Assembly: GCA_965224085.1 (NCBI GenBank)
Contig: CBDCYI010000009.1
Location: 96,001 to 160,000, forward strand
Source of the DNA: Candidatus Marinacidobacterales bacterium
Lineage (GTDB): Bacteria > Acidobacteriota > Vicinamibacteria > Marinacidobacterales > SMYC01
DNA length: 64,000 bases
Direction of reading: 5' to 3'
Below, piece by piece: positions 1 through 9,663 of the stretch (its first letter is position 1; each line of letters begins with the position of its first letter). The position numbers were made by a program, and so were the translations under genes. Below the pieces are notes generated by a model. It did not search any database. It was not told the origin of the DNA and was given only the letters and a program-made list of their open reading frames with translations.

Positions 1-324
1 GTGCCCATGCGCCAATGCGCCGAGCTCGCCGTCGAGGAGATCAACGCGCGGGGGTCGGCTCCCTTCCGATGGAAGCTGGTGGCGGAAGACGACCGGGCCG
101 ATCCCAAGGTCGCCGTCGACGTCGCGCGCCGCTTCGTCGACGACCCCGCCGTCATCGGTGTGGTTGGACACAAGAACAGCGGTCCTTCGGAGGCGGCAGC
201 GCCCATCTACGCCGAGGCCGGTCTCACCCAAATGACGCCTTCGTCGACCAATCCCGCTTTGAGCCGAAAGGGTTATCGCACCTTCTTCCGCCTCTGCGCA
301 CACGATACCCGGCAGGGCGAGGAG
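1..324 (+). repeat. Partial copy of the branched-chain amino acid ABC substrate-binding gene (matches 25022-25345)
   Basis: Direct comparison: 324 bp identical to 25022-25345 except one mismatch (300 a vs 25321 g); similarity stops after ...cagggcgaggag. Confidence 0.95.
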
Positions 325-669
325 AGAAGCGTCGTCGTGGGCCGCGGCGCTCACTATGTGGTGGCCCCCGATGAGGCGCTTCGAGTTCGAGTCGTGTGTT
401 CGCTTGAAGAGCGTGTCCGCCGGTACAGCGAGCACGAGGGAACGAGTCTCGATGCCGCCCGCAAGATTTTGGATCGTGAGGACGCTGCGCGTGCCCGCTT
501 CCTGCGCCACAACTACGGGAGCGATGGGACGAACCCGGCCGACTACGACTTGATCGTCAATACGGGACCGATACCGCTCGAGCGGGCTGCCGCGCCGATC
601 CTCGCCGCCTACGAAGCGAAGTTTGCTCGCAGACCCGGGGAGGCGGAAACAGAACCCCTCAGATCTTGA
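325..669 (+). pseudogene. C-terminal half of a cytidylate-kinase-like protein, fused in frame to the SBP copy
   Basis: VVVGRGAHYV...RVRVVCSLEERVRR...D.ARARF...YDLIVNTG is typical of the cytidylate kinase-like family; the N-terminal P-loop is missing. Confidence 0.75.
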
Positions 670-744
670 TCGCCAGGTCGGCGCCGTCGCGGGAGGAGAA
701 ACCTCGTAGGTGACTGCCATGGAGCAGACGCGTGTCGCTTCCAC

Positions 745-892
745 TTAGCTCTTGATCGCCAGAACGTCTTCGATCGCCGCGCGGTCCACTCGACCCTCAT
801 TTCGAAGGATCTGCCGTTTGGCCACCTCGTGTGAGACAACATCACCTGAGTCAGCGGCCTCCAGAGCGCGATCGATCTTCTTCTTAACGTAA
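745..892 (-). pseudogene. Remnant of a RelE/ParE-type toxin-antitoxin pair (antitoxin 3' end plus toxin 5' end)
   Basis: YVKKKIDRALEAADSGDVVSHEVAKRQIL, then ATG at 800 giving MRVEWTAR/AIEDVLAIKS with a 1-nt frameshift and an early stop. Confidence 0.6.
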
Positions 893-1047
893 CGTCCAAG
901 ATCGAAAGCGTGAAAGGGTGGAGCAGCTGGTTCTGGAGAAGAGCTTGCTTCCGTCGAGAGCCGAGCACACGTCGTACTTCTGACATGTATTGAACTGTCA
1001 AGTCCCGGCACGATCTTTTTTATAGCATCCGATCTCCCACGCTCATC

Positions 1048-1223
1048 TGGTCAGGGCACGAGCAGCATGAAGCGACGGTGAATCAACCTGATATACGCGT
1101 GTTGGTTAACGCCTGATATGTATTCGTCGCGGAGCTGCCTCTGTCTACTGGCGAGTGTTCTCCCGATAGGGGAGTCTCTTAGCACATTACGAGGATTCTC
1201 CAACCGGGCTCCTCGTGCCCTGG
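1048..1223 (-). ncRNA. Putative bridge/seek RNA downstream of the IS110 transposase
   Basis: Closing stem CAGGGCACGAG/CTCGTGCCCTG (1222-1212 / 1062-1052) enclosing two internal-loop hairpins; loop CCAGTAGA (1151-1144) is identical to the flank plus core (1771-1764); loop AATACATATCAG resembles the element end AATACATGTCAG. Confidence 0.7.
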
Positions 1224-1325
1224 CCACATCGTTGCGATGCCGACCTGTTCTGCCTGTTGCGCGGTATCGTGTGTCGTGGTGATCCACCTCCTGAGTCCGG
1301 AACCTCCGGCGGATGCCGCCGGGAA

Positions 1326-1667
1326 CTCACCAGAGCGAAACAGCGACGCTAACTTCAACCCATCGCGACGATCCGTCTTCACTCGCTCGCCAGGTTTCTT
1401 CGGAATCAACGACGGCGCCACCACTACACAATCGTGACCCGTCTCTTTAATCCAACGGTAAACTTCGTATCCACACGGTCCCGCCTCGTAACAGAATCCA
1501 AGCACTTCGCCCTCTCGCGAGAGGCGATGGACCAGATTCTGAATTGACTTCTTCGTGTTGGCGATCACACCCAGCGATTCGGGCTTGGACCGACCCGGGT
1601 TCGCCAACGCTGGCGAGATCGTCTCCTTGTGTACGTCCAGTCCCACGTATCCGCTATACTCTTCCAC
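1326..1667 (-). pseudogene. IS110 transposase, N-terminal DEDD domain only (about 114 aa)
   Basis: YVGLDVHK...CYEAGPCG...KTDRRDG motifs; homology ends at LFRSGE; RBS AGGAGG upstream of the GTG start. Confidence 0.9.
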
Positions 1668-1799
1668 GACCTGTCCTCCTTGATTATGGCTCTGAGCCTT
1701 CTTGCTAGATCCTCGAAAGCTTAACCCACGCCCTCAAGGTCAGGGCAGGTTCAATACATACTATCTACTGGGCTCGGCTAGAGCTAGAATGCCGACACT

Positions 1800-3164
1800 A
1801 TGGAATACCGGACGGTGAATCCGACGACAGGAGAGCTCATCGAGAGATTCCCGAATGCCGCCGATGCAGATGCCGCCAGGGCACTCGATGCCGCCACGGC
1901 TGGTTTCGCCACCTGGTCGAAGAGCCCCTTTGCCGAGCGTCGGGAGCTCCTACGGTCGCTCGCACAACGGCTCGAGGGGAGAGCCACGCCCTTTGCGGAG
2001 ACCATGGCACTCGAGATGGGTAAGCCGCTTGCGGAAGGCGAGGCCGAGGCGAAGAAGTGCGCCTGGGTCTGTCGCTACTACGCCGAGGAGGGCGAGCGGG
2101 CGCTCGCGCCGGACTCCCACGAGTCCGACGGGTCCGAAGCCTATGTGCGTTACGACGCGCTGGGGCCCATTCTCGCGATCATGCCCTGGAATTTTCCCTT
2201 CTGGCAGGTCTTCCGCTTCATGGCGCCAGCGATGGCCGCCGGCAACGTCACGATCCTGAAGCACGCGCCCGGTGTCCCGCGTTGCGCGCTCGCGATCTCC
2301 GATCTGATGAAGGAAGCGGGCACGCCGGAGGGCGTCTTTCAGAATCTCTTTCTTGGAAACGACCAGGCGGCGCGCGTGATACGGGACCCAAGAATCCAGG
2401 GGGTGACGCTCACGGGAAGCTCCCGAGCGGGAAAGCAGGTCGGCGCGGTGGCTGGCGGAAACCTCAAGACGATGGTGATGGAGCTCGGCGGCAGCGACCC
2501 GTTCGTCGTTTTCGCGGATGCCGATCTCGACGAAGCGGCCGAAGTCGGTGCGCTGGCTCGCTGCATCAACTCCGGTCAGAGCTGCGTGTCGGCGAAACGT
2601 TTCCTCGTGGAGCGTTCCGCTTTCGACGATTTCGAGAAGCGCTTCATCGAACGGCTTTCGACACGGAAGGTGGGCGATCCGACAGACCGCTCGGTCCAGA
2701 TCGGGCCGCTGGCGCGGAAGGACTTGAAAGACAACCTGGTCCGTCAGGTTTCAGAGAGCGTCGCCGCGGGCGCCGAGGTGGTGTTTCGCGGTGAGGCCCC
2801 CGACGGCCCGGGCTTCTTCTATCCGGTGTCGGCCATCACGAAAGTGACCGAGGAGATGCCCGCCTATAGCGAAGAGCTCTTCGGACCGGCCGCGGTGCTC
2901 CTGCCGTTCGACGACGAGGATCGCGCGGTCTCGGTGGCCAACGACACCTCGTACGGGCTCGGCGCCAGCCTGTGGACGAGCGACCGCTCCCGCGCCGAGC
3001 GGCTAATCCCGCGCATCGAGGCGGGCGCGGTCTTCATCAACGGTCTCGTGAAATCGGATCCAAGGATCCCTTTCGGGGGAATCAAGGAATCCGGTTTCGG
3101 GCGCGAGCTCGCCTACGAAGGCCTGCGGGAGTTCGTGAACCGCAAGACGGTCTGGATCAAGTGA
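1800..3164 (+). CDS. NAD(P)-dependent succinate-semialdehyde dehydrogenase (Sad/GabD1-like aldehyde dehydrogenase)
   Basis: IMPWNFPFWQ, LTGS, MELGGSDP, NSGQSC (catalytic Cys), EELFGP, PFGGIKESGFGRE. Confidence 0.9.
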   Translation: MEYRTVNPTTGELIERFPNAADADAARALDAATAGFATWSKSPFAERRELLRSLAQRLEGRATPFAETMALEMGKPLAEGEAEAKKCAWVCRYYAEEGERALAPDSHESDGSEAYVRYDALGPILAIMPWNFPFWQVFRFMAPAMAAGNVTILKHAPGVPRCALAISDLMKEAGTPEGVFQNLFLGNDQAARVIRDPRIQGVTLTGSSRAGKQVGAVAGGNLKTMVMELGGSDPFVVFADADLDEAAEVGALARCINSGQSCVSAKRFLVERSAFDDFEKRFIERLSTRKVGDPTDRSVQIGPLARKDLKDNLVRQVSESVAAGAEVVFRGEAPDGPGFFYPVSAITKVTEEMPAYSEELFGPAAVLLPFDDEDRAVSVANDTSYGLGASLWTSDRSRAERLIPRIEAGAVFINGLVKSDPRIPFGGIKESGFGRELAYEGLREFVNRKTVWIK

Positions 3165-3200
3165 ACCGCCGACGCCGCGTCGCGTTCGTCTTGCGTCGTC

Positions 3201-3428
3201 TCACCCGTGTGGACCCAGATAGATACCCTGCGGGTCGAGCTCGTCCCGAAGAAGCTCCAGAACATCTTTGCCGGGACGCGCGGTGATCGAGAGGGGTTCT
3301 TTGATTTTCAATGGCCAGCCTACCTCGGACCGGACCTCATCGACACTCACCCCAGGATGGAGCTTCTCCAGCACCATTTCCCGCGACTCGGGATCGAAGC
3401 CGTAGACACCCAGGTTGGTGATCACCCT
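3201..3428 (-). pseudogene. C-terminal fragment of a CoA-transferase beta subunit
   Basis: VITNLGVYGFD...LEKLHPGVSVDEVRSEVGWPL...LLRDELDPQGIYLG*. Confidence 0.75.
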
Positions 3429-3429
3429 C

Positions 3430-3805
3430 TCGCAGACGCTTTGCCACTTCCAGGTTGTGCTGGTACTTGGGATTGTCTTCCGGCGGTTCTTCCACTGCCA
3501 GGGCGTCCCGAAGGCGTTTTTCGTTGTGAGGGTGAAACTTCTTCGATTCAACGATGTCTTCGAGCGTCTGGTAGGGTGCGTGGGGCCCCAGGCTCTCCAG
3601 GTATCGATTGAAGTCGTACTTCAGGCTGCCCGCTCTTCTCCGGAACGAGTCACGGATCTCTTGCAAGCCCTCGATCCGTACCGGGTCGATGAGGGTGGCG
3701 CCGAGCGATCTCAGCTCGGCCAGGGCCTCTTCCATCACCCGCAGCACTTCGGGATCGGCGTCCCCCGGTGCGAACAACTGGCGGGCCACACCGAGGCGAG
3801 CGTAG
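3430..3805 (-). pseudogene. Internal fragment of an amidase-family protein
   Basis: ARLGVARQLF...EEALAELRSLGATLIDPV...LKYDFNRYLESLG...TLEDIV. Confidence 0.7.
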
Positions 3806-4006
3806 GTTTTTGAAATTGCAGTGTCAAAAACGCCAGGAAAGGTAGCCGAGCGTTGTCGTCTTCGACGTCGCGATTTTGTTCCCTTCTTCGTACAACGTCA
3901 GCCGGCGACGGTCGTGATGGAAGCCTGCGGTAGTGCCCATCATTGGGGGCGCGAAATAACTCAACTTGGTCATAACGTGAGGCTACTACCCACGCTTCAC
4001 ACCAAG

Positions 4007-5373
4007 GGATGTGTCCCGAGGTTCGTGGAAAAAGAACGGCGCCCTCCACTCCGTCATCAGGGTATCAGATCAGGCGGCAACCTCCGCGTGTTTGAGAACC
4101 TCGCTCAGACCTTGGTAGCCGTCGATGCGCCGTAGTTGAATCTGGCCAGAGGCGATAAGCCCAAACAGCAAAGCGACCGCGGACTCCTCGCTGGAGAACG
4201 ACGCTTGGGTTTTCGTCCGACGTCGAAACTCGCGGTTGAGATTCTCCAGAGCATTGGTCGTGCGAATCGATTTCCACATGACACGAGGGAATTCGTAGAA
4301 GGTCAGCAGCTGATTACCGGCCTCCTCTAGGCTTCGGACGACGGCCGGTGTGAGAGGCGTCCACTTGGCGACGAGTTCGCCATAGGCTTTGCGAGCATCG
4401 ATCCCGTTCTTGGCGTAGACGATCCGGTTGTAGTCACGCCGGAGTTCACGGCGTGCGTGCGCCGGGCAATGTTCGAGCAAGTTGGCGCGCTTGTGCTCGG
4501 TACATCGCTGCACCCGGCACCCCGGCCACTTCTCGAGCGCTTTCGTCAGCCCCTTGTGGCCATCGCTAATCACTAGCTTGGGAGCCCGGAGTCCTTGAGC
4601 CTGGAGTCCCTCCAGCATGGAGCCCCAATGCGTCGAGGCTTCGCTCACCGCCAGACGCAATGACAACAGACGTTTCTGCCCGTCTGGCGTGACCCCGAGC
4701 GCGGCCAGTACGGGTACGCTGATCACACGCTTCGCCATCCGCACTTTCAGGTGGAAGCCGTCCAGGTAAACGATCGCATAGACCTCCTCGCTGAGATCAC
4801 GGTTCTGCCATTCTTCGAAGCACTCCTTCAGACGACTAACCACGCGAGACACCGCGCTCTTCGATAGGTGCTCCTCACCGAGCAGCGGTTTCAGCGCTTT
4901 GCGGATCCGGCGGCTATTCGCGCCCGACAAGTACGTCCCCAAGATCGCCTCGTCGACCTCACGAGTCCGGCGTGCATACCGGGGCAACAGCTCGCTCCTG
5001 AACTCTGTCGTTTCTCCCGTTTCCTCGTCTCGCACGCGGGCTCGTGGCACCCGGAGCTCGCGTGTTCCCACCGACGTCGTCACGCGACGGGTTTCGGCTC
5101 CGTTGCGATACCCACGGCGGTCTTCCGCACGCTCGTAGCTACGACACCCCAGCGCTTGGTCGACTTCTTCCTCGAGCACAACCTCGATCGCCTCCAGTAC
5201 CCGCTTACGCAGCCGAAGTTGGACGAACTCCCGGTACTCGCTTACGGACTCCTTCGATATGGTGGTAGGCTTCTTCATGGCGTAATCCTCCTCCTCGCCG
5301 TTACAGGCGTGGTTTGGTTTTTCTTAACCGGAGGTTACGCCATTCTTATTTCCACGGGAATCGGGACAGATCC
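4007..5373 (-). mobile_element. IS256-family insertion sequence, complete
   Basis: About 35-bp imperfect terminal IRs (GGATGTGTCCCGA..CGTGGAAA.AAGAA.GGCG at 4007-4041 and 5338-5373); 8-bp TSD ACACCAAG at 3999-4006 and 5374-5381. Confidence 0.95.
4070..5278 (-). CDS. IS256 (mutator-type) DDE transposase
   Basis: GYRNG..R...T.VG..L.VPR.R, VYLDG, VISDGHKGL, QRC..H, IRTTNALENLNREFRRRTK. Confidence 0.95.
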   Translation of the reverse strand: MKKPTTISKESVSEYREFVQLRLRKRVLEAIEVVLEEEVDQALGCRSYERAEDRRGYRNGAETRRVTTSVGTRELRVPRARVRDEETGETTEFRSELLPRYARRTREVDEAILGTYLSGANSRRIRKALKPLLGEEHLSKSAVSRVVSRLKECFEEWQNRDLSEEVYAIVYLDGFHLKVRMAKRVISVPVLAALGVTPDGQKRLLSLRLAVSEASTHWGSMLEGLQAQGLRAPKLVISDGHKGLTKALEKWPGCRVQRCTEHKRANLLEHCPAHARRELRRDYNRIVYAKNGIDARKAYGELVAKWTPLTPAVVRSLEEAGNQLLTFYEFPRVMWKSIRTTNALENLNREFRRRTKTQASFSSEESAVALLFGLIASGQIQLRRIDGYQGLSEVLKHAEVAA

Positions 5374-5406
5374 ACACCAAGCCCTACGTCCGATGAAACA
5401 AAACCG

Positions 5407-7215
5407 CCGGGCTCGATCATCGTCGTGGGATGGATCTCGAAAGGATCTGTGGGCTGCTCGAGGCTGCCACGTCGACCGAGGGCGACGAAGCCACCACTTT
5501 GCAGCCGAAACGAGACGCGGACGTTGACGTAACGGCTCACCACCTTGCCCTGCTGGTCCATGAAGTGGTCGAAATCCACGTTGGGGCCGATCTCGCGCGC
5601 ACGATGCCCCGCCACCAGGGCTGACGGTAGCGGTACCGGACGTTGGCCCTCGCCCGCCGAACGCCGAGCCGCGGCGCGAAGCCGACTTCCGGGTTGAAAT
5701 TGTCCTGGAGACTCGAGTACGACGCCGAAAAATTCAGCGACCTCGAGGTGAAGGCGTAGGCGATGCGGCCGGCGAAGTCGTCTCCTTCGAGCCCGGGCGT
5801 TGCTGTTTTGGCAATGTAGGCATTGACGTCCATCGCCGGATTGAGACGGAAGTTGCCATCCACACCGATGCTCCGGTTGTAGTGGGACGAGTCCATCGTG
5901 TCCCGGTTGATGAACATGACGCCGATGTCGGAGTTGGCGAAGACGTTTCGCTTCACCCGCACGACGCTGAAGGCGTCGCCCGTCGAGATGCCCACCTCTC
6001 TTCACCGGTCAACATCCCGAGAAACCCGAACTGGTAGGGTCCCGCACCGCCGGTGAGGCGTCCTCCCGCTCGTACCGGGATGGGCTCACCCTCTTCGGAG
6101 AGGCCGATCCTCCTGCTGAAGAACAGGAGTAAATCGTTGCCCCGGCTCTGACCACCACGCACACCTCCTCCCGCCGCCAGGCCGAAACTGCTCCGAAAAG
6201 CCCTCCGCTGCCGGCTCTCCGGTGGACCGAAACGAAAGATGCCCGAGTTCTCGAGGAAGAAATCTCGTTTCTCGGGAAAGAAGAGGCTGAACCGCGTCAG
6301 GTTCACCTGCTGCACGTCGGCCTCTACCTGGGAGAAATCGGTATTGGGTGTCAGGTCCAGCGTCAGGCCGGCGCCGATGCCGATCTTCGCGTCGAGGTCC
6401 GCATCGAAATCCCCTTCCCGGAGCGCTTGCTCGTTCTCGGTGACGTCGCCGGTTACGTAGGGCATGAGCTTGAAACTCGATCCGGGGCGCACGTCCCGCA
6501 TCTCCTCCAAGGTCCCGGCGAGCGAAACGCGGGTTGCGGTATGGATCCGTGGAATGGGCGACCAGAAGCTGTCCTCGTTCAGTCGCCGGTTCCGGCGCAT
6601 GAAGTTGACGCCCCAGGTTTGAATCGCGGCATCGCTGAACTTGAGGGTCTTGAAGGGGATGGAGATCTCCGCCGTCCAGCCCGTCTCGACGATGCGCGTG
6701 GCGACATGCCACACACCGTCCCAGTTGGAGTTGGACTCCTGCCCCTCGTTGAACGACTGAGTGTCGTATTTGGCCCCCATCGGATTCGTCTGGAACATGT
6801 AGCTGTTGCGACGATCGTGGAACGTGTCCAGGATGATGGCGAAGGAATCGACGGAGCGCGTGTTGTAGTCGCGGGTCAGGTCGCGGATGATGAGCTTGTC
6901 CGGCTCGTCGTCGTAGGCCCGAACGCCGATATACAGGTTCTGGTCGTCGTAGAGAACCCGGACCTCGGTATCGAAAGTGGCAGGCTCCCCCTCCCGGGGC
7001 TCGCTCTGGATGAAGTCCTTGGCCACCGGGGCCTCGCGCCAATCGCCCTCCTCGAGCGCCCCGTCGAGAAGGATGTCTCCGTCCGTGCGCACCGCCATGA
7101 GTCGCCGTTCGAGGCGCGCCGTCTCGTAGTCGATGGGCCCATTTTGATTTTGAGGCTCCGCATGGACGGGCACCGCGAGGGCGAGAACGAGGAGGAGCGG
7201 TTGCGGAAATCTCAT
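5407..7215 (-). pseudogene. CBM9-like/DUF5916 protein, frameshifted and 3'-truncated
   Basis: Signal peptide, DG.L.E..W, WT.EI.IPF..L, NTDFSQVEAD..QVNLTRFSLFFPEKRDFFLE; frame change near 5997, internal junction near 5600, ends against the IS110 remnant. Confidence 0.8.
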
Positions 7216-7306
7216 CAATAACCAGGGCGGGGGGCCGCCCTGATTCTATCCGAGACCGCGCTCCGCCCGAAGCGGCAGCACCTAACCTCACTTCCGAGAC
7301 GGGACA

Positions 7307-8212
7307 CTAGCTCCTCGACGGCGCGGAGAAATCGATGGCGTTCAGTGCTTCCTGCATCTTCTGCAGAGTGTCCTCGGGAAGAGGCAGATAGGGCTGGCGC
7401 GTGAAGCCGCCGCGCCTCCCCAGGAGGTTCATACAGGCTTTCACCGTCGGGTAGTTCCCCGCGCCGAATCGGGAGATGATCGCGTAGACGGCGTCGATCA
7501 CCGACTGGTGCTTCAGCCCCTCCGCCCAGCGTCCCGCCGTCGCATGCTCGTAGTAGGCGACCACGTCCGCGCAGCAGACGTTGGCCACCATCGACACGAT
7601 TCCCACCGCGCCCCGGTGGATCATCGTCATCCCGTAGGGCTCCATGCCGGTGAAGACGGCGAGCCGACCCTTGACACGATCCAGCGTCTGCGATTTCTGG
7701 AAGAGATCCTTGGAGCTGTCTTTCAAGGCCACGACCGAATCGAAATCGGCAATCTGGTCCATCAACGTGGCATCGAGGTTGATCTGCGTTCGGTTGGGAT
7801 TGTTGTAAACCATGATCGGCAGGCCCACCTTCGCCACCGACTCGAAGTGTGCGACCACCTCACGAGGAGTCGGAAGCGCGTAGGGCGTCGGGAGCAGCAG
7901 TGCACCGTCACAGCCGATTCTTTTTGCCTCCCGGGTGAGCGCCACTGCCTGGTCGGTTCCAATGGCGGACGTGCCGGCCAGAAGAGGCTTGCCGTCCACT
8001 TGATCTCTTCCGATCTCGAACATTCGAATGCGCTCGCGGTCGGTGAGCGAGAACCACTCGCCGGTGCTGCCGGCCACGATGATGCCGTGCGCCCCTTCCT
8101 CCAGCTGCTGGTCGATGACGCTGCGAAAGGCCCGTTCGTCGATCTCGCCATCCTTCGTGAAGGGCGTTGCGGTCGCAGGGAAAACACCCCTCCAATCCGT
8201 TTCTCCTGCCAT
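7307..8212 (-). CDS. Dihydrodipicolinate synthase (DapA)-family aldolase/dehydratase
   Basis: TPF, GSTGE, YNNP, LKDSS (Schiff-base Lys); TGATG overlap with the upstream symporter. Confidence 0.9.
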   Translation of the reverse strand: MAGETDWRGVFPATATPFTKDGEIDERAFRSVIDQQLEEGAHGIIVAGSTGEWFSLTDRERIRMFEIGRDQVDGKPLLAGTSAIGTDQAVALTREAKRIGCDGALLLPTPYALPTPREVVAHFESVAKVGLPIMVYNNPNRTQINLDATLMDQIADFDSVVALKDSSKDLFQKSQTLDRVKGRLAVFTGMEPYGMTMIHRGAVGIVSMVANVCCADVVAYYEHATAGRWAEGLKHQSVIDAVYAIISRFGAGNYPTVKACMNLLGRRGGFTRQPYLPLPEDTLQKMQEALNAIDFSAPSRS

Positions 8213-9657
8213 CACGTCCTCCCTTCGGCGCTCGTCCTCGAAGGCTTTTTTGTCACGAGCGAGACGAGGACCACAAGCGCTGCCGATACGCCAACGGCGA
8301 TGAAAATCCGGTGCTCACCGAGAGCCGGGATCTGGGTGAGAGCGCCCCCGGTGAGGAGGCCCACCCGCGCTCCCCACGGCGTCACGTTACTGTTCTGGAC
8401 GCCCATTCGGAAGGCCTCCCCCGAGCGATTCTTCCAGAGCAGCCCCACCAGCAGCAAGGGCACGATGGAGCCGCCGGCAAAGGAGTAGGAAGCGGCGAAC
8501 AGTCCCACGATGGTGTCCGACCACAGAGCGGCCGCCGCGGCGAAGATGCCAATGAGGACCGTCGCCACGATCGAAGCTCGCACGAGCCATCGATCCGAAG
8601 CGTCTTTCTTGAGCGGACGCAGAAGGTCGTTGACGATGAGCGTCGCCGCGGAGTGGAGGTTCGAATCGGCCGAGGACATGCCGGCGGCCAGGATGAGTGC
8701 GAAGATCGTCGCCGCGACGAGCGTCGGGACTCGATGCTGGAGGAACCAGGACACCGCGCCCGCCGGGTCCAGCTCGGGATTCAGAGTGTGGATGACGAGA
8801 CCCACGAGGGTCGTCATCATGACCAGCACCACCGCCATCGTCCCGCTCAGCAAAAGCCCTGTCCTTGCGGTGCTTGCATTCCGGGCGGCGAAGCAGCGTT
8901 GCCAGTAAACCTGTGCAGCGAAGATGCCCAGGGTGGCGGTCAGAAACTGCCCGAGCAGCACGCCGTAGCCAACGGAGGAGAAGCTCCAGAGCTCGGAGGC
9001 TCCCAGCGCTTCGAGCCTGCTGCCAATCGCGGAAAGGCTGAAGCCGACCGGCTCGAACGCGTAGTAGTAGAACACTCCGCCGAAGACGAGAACCAGGATT
9101 CCCTGCAAAAGGTCGGTCCAGACGACCGAATAGATGCCTCCCATCGTCGTGTACAGGATGAAGATGGCTGAGAACGCCAGCACGATTCCAGTCTCGTTGG
9201 CGCCGGTAATGGCGTGGAACAGTGTGCCGAAACCCTTTCCCTGGCCACCGACCCAGGCGATCATGATGCAGGCGGCGATGATCCCCGCGAGCATCCGCGT
9301 CAGCCGATCCCGGAAGAGCAGGTCGTCCATCAGCTCCGGCAGCGTGTGGTAGGTGAGCCTTCCCGCGAGGCCAGCGAACAAGAGGGCGAAGGGGATCTTC
9401 GAGCCTTGCTCTCCCAGCACGAAGGCCAGGTGAGGAAGCCCCACCTCGTAGCCCCTCGAGGCGTGACCTATGAAGTTGGCGACGCCCATGATGGTGGCGA
9501 GGTCGGTGAAGAAGACGAGCGCCAGCGGAAACGTGCCCCCACCAATGACGAAGTGAGCGTAGCTCGCAGTGGCTCGCTTTCTCACCTTCCAGGAAACGGC
9601 GAGGAAGGCAGAGCAGAAGACTCCGGTGAGGATCCAGAGCCACGTTGCCAGGCTCAC
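8212..9657 (-). CDS. Sodium:solute symporter family protein
   Basis: About 13 hydrophobic segments; YTTMGGIYSVVWTDLLQ; AAGMSSADS. Confidence 0.9.
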   Translation of the reverse strand: MSLATWLWILTGVFCSAFLAVSWKVRKRATASYAHFVIGGGTFPLALVFFTDLATIMGVANFIGHASRGYEVGLPHLAFVLGEQGSKIPFALLFAGLAGRLTYHTLPELMDDLLFRDRLTRMLAGIIAACIMIAWVGGQGKGFGTLFHAITGANETGIVLAFSAIFILYTTMGGIYSVVWTDLLQGILVLVFGGVFYYYAFEPVGFSLSAIGSRLEALGASELWSFSSVGYGVLLGQFLTATLGIFAAQVYWQRCFAARNASTARTGLLLSGTMAVVLVMMTTLVGLVIHTLNPELDPAGAVSWFLQHRVPTLVAATIFALILAAGMSSADSNLHSAATLIVNDLLRPLKKDASDRWLVRASIVATVLIGIFAAAAALWSDTIVGLFAASYSFAGGSIVPLLLVGLLWKNRSGEAFRMGVQNSNVTPWGARVGLLTGGALTQIPALGEHRIFIAVGVSAALVVLVSLVTKKPSRTSAEGRT

Positions 9658-9663
9658 GGCGAC

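Larger units (their letters stand above)
979..1766 (-). mobile_element. Internally deleted IS110-family element with both ends intact
   Basis: AGA direct repeat at both boundaries (981-979 and 1766-1764, minus strand); 11-bp subterminal IR ATGTATTGAAC (985-995 / 1749-1759); outward TTGACA at 1001-996; truncated DEDD transposase inside. Confidence 0.85.
3806..5406 (+). pseudogene. IS110/IS1111 transposase N-terminal fragment interrupted by IS256
   Basis: VFEIAV...TVVMEACGSAHHWGREI...VRLLP..HTK before the IS256, continuing as KPYVR*NKT right after the second TSD. Confidence 0.8.
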
